Origin: Mobula hypostoma
Lineage: Eukaryota
Direction: 5' to 3'
NCBI RefSeq assembly: GCF_963921235.1
Contig: NC_086097.1
Location: 229,216,001-229,280,000, forward strand
DNA length: 64,000 bases
Translations under genes and position numbers: made by a program
The notes under the pieces: model-generated
Databases searched by the model: none
Told to the model about the DNA's origin: nothing
What the model saw: only the letters and a program-made list of their open reading frames with translations
Shown here: positions 60,675 to 64,000 of the stretch, in pieces
How the letters are laid out: each line of letters starts with the position of its first letter
How positions within the stretch are numbered: the stretch's first letter is position 1

Positions 60675-63600
60675 AAGTTCAAATTAAATTTATTATCAAA
60701 GTACATATATGTCACCATATGCAACCCTGAGATTCATCTCTTGCGGGCACATTCAATAAATCCATAACAGAAGCAGTGAAAGACCGCACCAACCTTGGCG
60801 TCCACCAGTGTGCAAAGGATAACAAACTGTACAAATACAAAAAGAAAGAAATAATAATAAAAAATAAATAAGCAATAAATATCAAGCACATGAAATGAAG
60901 AGTCCTTGAAAGTAAGGCCATATGTTGTGGGAACATTTCAATAATGGGGCAACAGAAGTTGAGTGAAGTTATCTCCTTTGGTTCAAGAGCCTGGTGGTTC
61001 AGGGTGTGTGAGTCCTGAGGCTCCTGTACCTTCTTCCTGATGGCAGCAGCGAGAAGAGTGCATGTGGTGGGAGTCCCTAAATATGGATGCTGCTTTCCTG
61101 TGGCAATACTTCATGTAGTTGTGCTCAGTGGTGGGGAGGGCTTTACTCGTGATGGACTGGGCCATATCCACTACTTTTTGTTGGATTTTCTATTCAAGGG
61201 CATTGGTGTTTCCATACCAGGCTGTAATGCAGCCAGTTGATATACTCTCCACCACATATCTTCAGAAGTTTGTCAAAGTTTCAGATGCATGCCGAATCTT
61301 TGCAGACTCCTAAGGAAATAGAGGCACTGCTGTGCTTTCATTGTAATTGCACTTATGTGCTGGGTTCAGGACAGATCCTCTGAAATAATAACACCGAGGA
61401 ATTTATAGTTTCTGACCCTCTCGTCCCCTGATTCACGAATGAGGACTGGCTCATGGACCTCTGATTTCCTCCTCCTGAAGTCAATATTCAGCTCCTTGGT
61501 TTCGTTGACATTGAGTAAGAAGTTGTTGTTGTGGCACCACGCAGTCAGATTTTCAATCTCCCTTCTATATGCTGATTTGCCACCAAATTTGATTCTGCCT
61601 ATAACAGAGGTGTTGTCAGCAAACTCGAATATGGGATTGCAGCTGTGCTTAGCCACATATTCATAAGTGTAAAGTGAGTAGAGCAGGGGGCTACGCACAC
61701 AGCTTTGAGGTGCACCTGTGCTGTTGGAGATGGTGGAGGAGATGTTGTTGCCAGTTCAGATTTCCTCTACTGCAAGTGAGGAAATCAAGTATCCAATTGT
61801 ACTAGGAGGTTTTGAGGCCAAGGTCTTGAAGCCTATAAGATAAGTTCTGTGGGGATGATGACATTGAATGCCAAGCTGTAGTCAATAACGAGCATCCTGA
61901 TGTAAGCATCTTTGTTGTCCAGATGTTTCAGGACTGAGTGGCATCTGCTCTGGACCTGTTACTCTGGCTGGCAAATTGTAGCCAATTGAAATTGTGCTTC
62001 AGGCAGGAGTTATGTTTCATCACCAGCCTCTCAAAGCACTGTATCACTGTCAATGTAAGTGCTGCTGGATGATAGTCACTGAGGCAGAGTTACCACATCC
62101 TCCTTTGGCACTGATATAATTGAAGCCTGCTTGAAGGAGGTGGGTACCTTTAGCTGCCGAAGCGAGATGTTAAAGATCTCAATGAACACTCCAGCCAGTT
62201 GATCAGCGCAAATCTTTAGTACTTGGCCAGGTGCCCCATTTGAGCAGGATGCTTTTCATGGGTTCACCATACTGAAGGCTTCTCACACCTTGGCCTCAGA
62301 GACTGAAATCACAGAATCTTCGGGGGCTGTGGAAAGTCATGAAAAGACTCCCTTTATTCCCACTCTTTGCCTCCTGCCAGTCAGCTATTGCTTTATCCAT
62401 GCTAGAATCTTTTCTGTAATACTATGGGCTTGTAGCTTGTTAAGCATCCTCATATGTGGCACCTTGTCAAAGGCATTCTGAAAATCCAAGTACACCGATT
62501 TTCCATTGTCTATCCTGCTTACTATTTCTTCATAGGATTCCAACTGATTTGTTAGGCATGATGTTCCCTTAAGGAAACAATGCTATCTATGGGCTATTTT
62601 ATCATGTACCCTGAGATCTCCTCGTTAATAATGAACTCCAACATCTTCCCAACCACTGAAGTCAGACTAACTGGCCTATACTTTCCTTTCTTCTACCTCC
62701 CTCCCTTCTTGAAGAGTGGAGTGACATTTGCAATTTTCCATTCTTCTGTAACCACTCCAGAATCTAGTGATTCTTGTAAGGTCATCACTAATGCCTCCAC
62801 GATCTCTTCAGCCACCTCTTTCAGAACTCTGGGGTGTATGCCATCTGGTCCAGGTGACTTAACTACCTTCAGACTTTTCAGTTTCTCAAGAACCTTCTCA
62901 CTAGTTATGGTAAACTCACACAGTTCATGACCCCTGTCACCTGGAAATTCCACCATACTGCTAGTGTTTTCCACAGTGAAGACTGATGCAAATATTTATA
63001 CAGTTTGTTACCATTTCTTTGTCCTCATTACTAACTCTCCAGTGTCATTTTCCAGCAGTCTGATATCCATTCTCACCTCTATTTTACACTTTATGTATCT
63101 GAAGAAACTTTTGGTATCCTCTTTAATATTATTAGTTAGCTTACTTTCATATTCTATCTTTACCTTCTTAATGACTTTTTTATTTGCCTTCTGTTGATTT
63201 TTGAAAGCTTTCCAATCCCCTAACTTCCCATCAACTTTTGCTCTATGATATGCCCTCTCTTTGGCTTTTATGATGGCTTTGACTTGTTGGTATAACAGTG
63301 GTCTAGTGTGTTGGGACCTCTGGTACTACAGGTTATATGCTGATGATAATTGGGCAGGGATTTCTTCAAACAAACCTGGTTGAAGTCCCTGACTATGATT
63401 TGAAATGCATTGGGATAGACTGTTTCTTGTTGGAGGACGGCATCTTGCAGAATCTCAAGCACTTGATTATAATCGGCCACTGGTGGTATTTAAACTGTGA
63501 TTAGGATTATGGAGAAGAACCCCCTAGGTAAATAGAATGGACAGTATTTGACTTTAGATGTTCAAGTTCTGGGGTACACAAGTTCAACAAAACCACTACA

Positions 63601-64000
63601 TCAGAGCAACACCGAGAGCTTATCATGAAACACACACTCTACCTTTTGCCATTTACGAATCAGCACTTCAGTCCACTCTGTGAATTGAGAAGTCTTCGGG
63701 TCTAATCACTGTATCTGGTGTGCTGAGAGAAAGCCATGTCTCAGTCAAACATAGAACACAGCAATCTTCCCCTCAGGTCCTCCATTTTGTTCTCCAACGA
63801 CTGCACATTTGCTAAGAAGATGCTGGGTGGAAAGGGTCTTATGTCTCTGTGTTTTAGTATGGCTTGGAGTCCCCCACTCCTGCCTCGCTTCCTGCCACGG
63901 TGATGAACTTTCATCTTCTTAAAGGTGCATACCTGCTTGGTCCACCGAATCCTTCAGAAGATCATGAAATCTGTAGATCATTAAGTTGGTTTAAAAGCAG
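60675..64000 (-). mobile_element. Rex-Babar-type LINE (pieces 60675-62335 and 63268-64000)
   Basis: SPLLYSLYT..FEFADNT, YKFLGVIISEDLS, RDFNQ..TRGPNTLDHCYTN; (GAACTTT) tail. Confidence 0.85.
62338..63268 (-). mobile_element. CR1 internal fragment between Rex-Babar pieces
   Basis: [20 protein letters not shown]...[13 protein letters not shown]. Confidence 0.85.

Noticed and set aside
1..64000. Prokaryotic RT systems (retron, DGR, group II intron)
   Set aside because: All RT sequences carry CR1, Rex-Babar, RTE or Penelope signatures with typical tails; no operon-like organisation.

Overview
This is eukaryotic, repeat-dominated DNA. The repeat repertoire (CR1, Rex-Babar, RTE, Penelope-like elements, V-SINE-like SINEs, Tigger, hAT) suggests a cartilaginous fish such as a ray or shark; that is an inference. 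Most of the window is deeply nested transposable elements. A CpG-island promoter at ~23.7-24.45 kb carries a probable minus-strand first exon (MDSSNE, donor GTAAGC) of a gene I cannot identify. The main finding is a degraded foamy-virus-like (spumaretrovirus-like) endogenous retrovirus on the minus strand, almost invisible in the ORF track. Its RNase H domain (motif PLGNHTAQSAE) is split by a 4.4-kb full-length CR1 LINE and is followed by an integrase HHCC/YWWP domain and a possible env remnant. Also notable: minimal hammerhead ribozymes in Penelope-like repeats, including a 96-bp ribozyme-only insertion; an ancient RTE LINE stretched over 14 kb by later insertions; and two CR1 insertions at the same site of one small retroelement. 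Family assignments rest on hand translation and remembered motifs; no database search was run. Boundaries of decayed elements are approximate.
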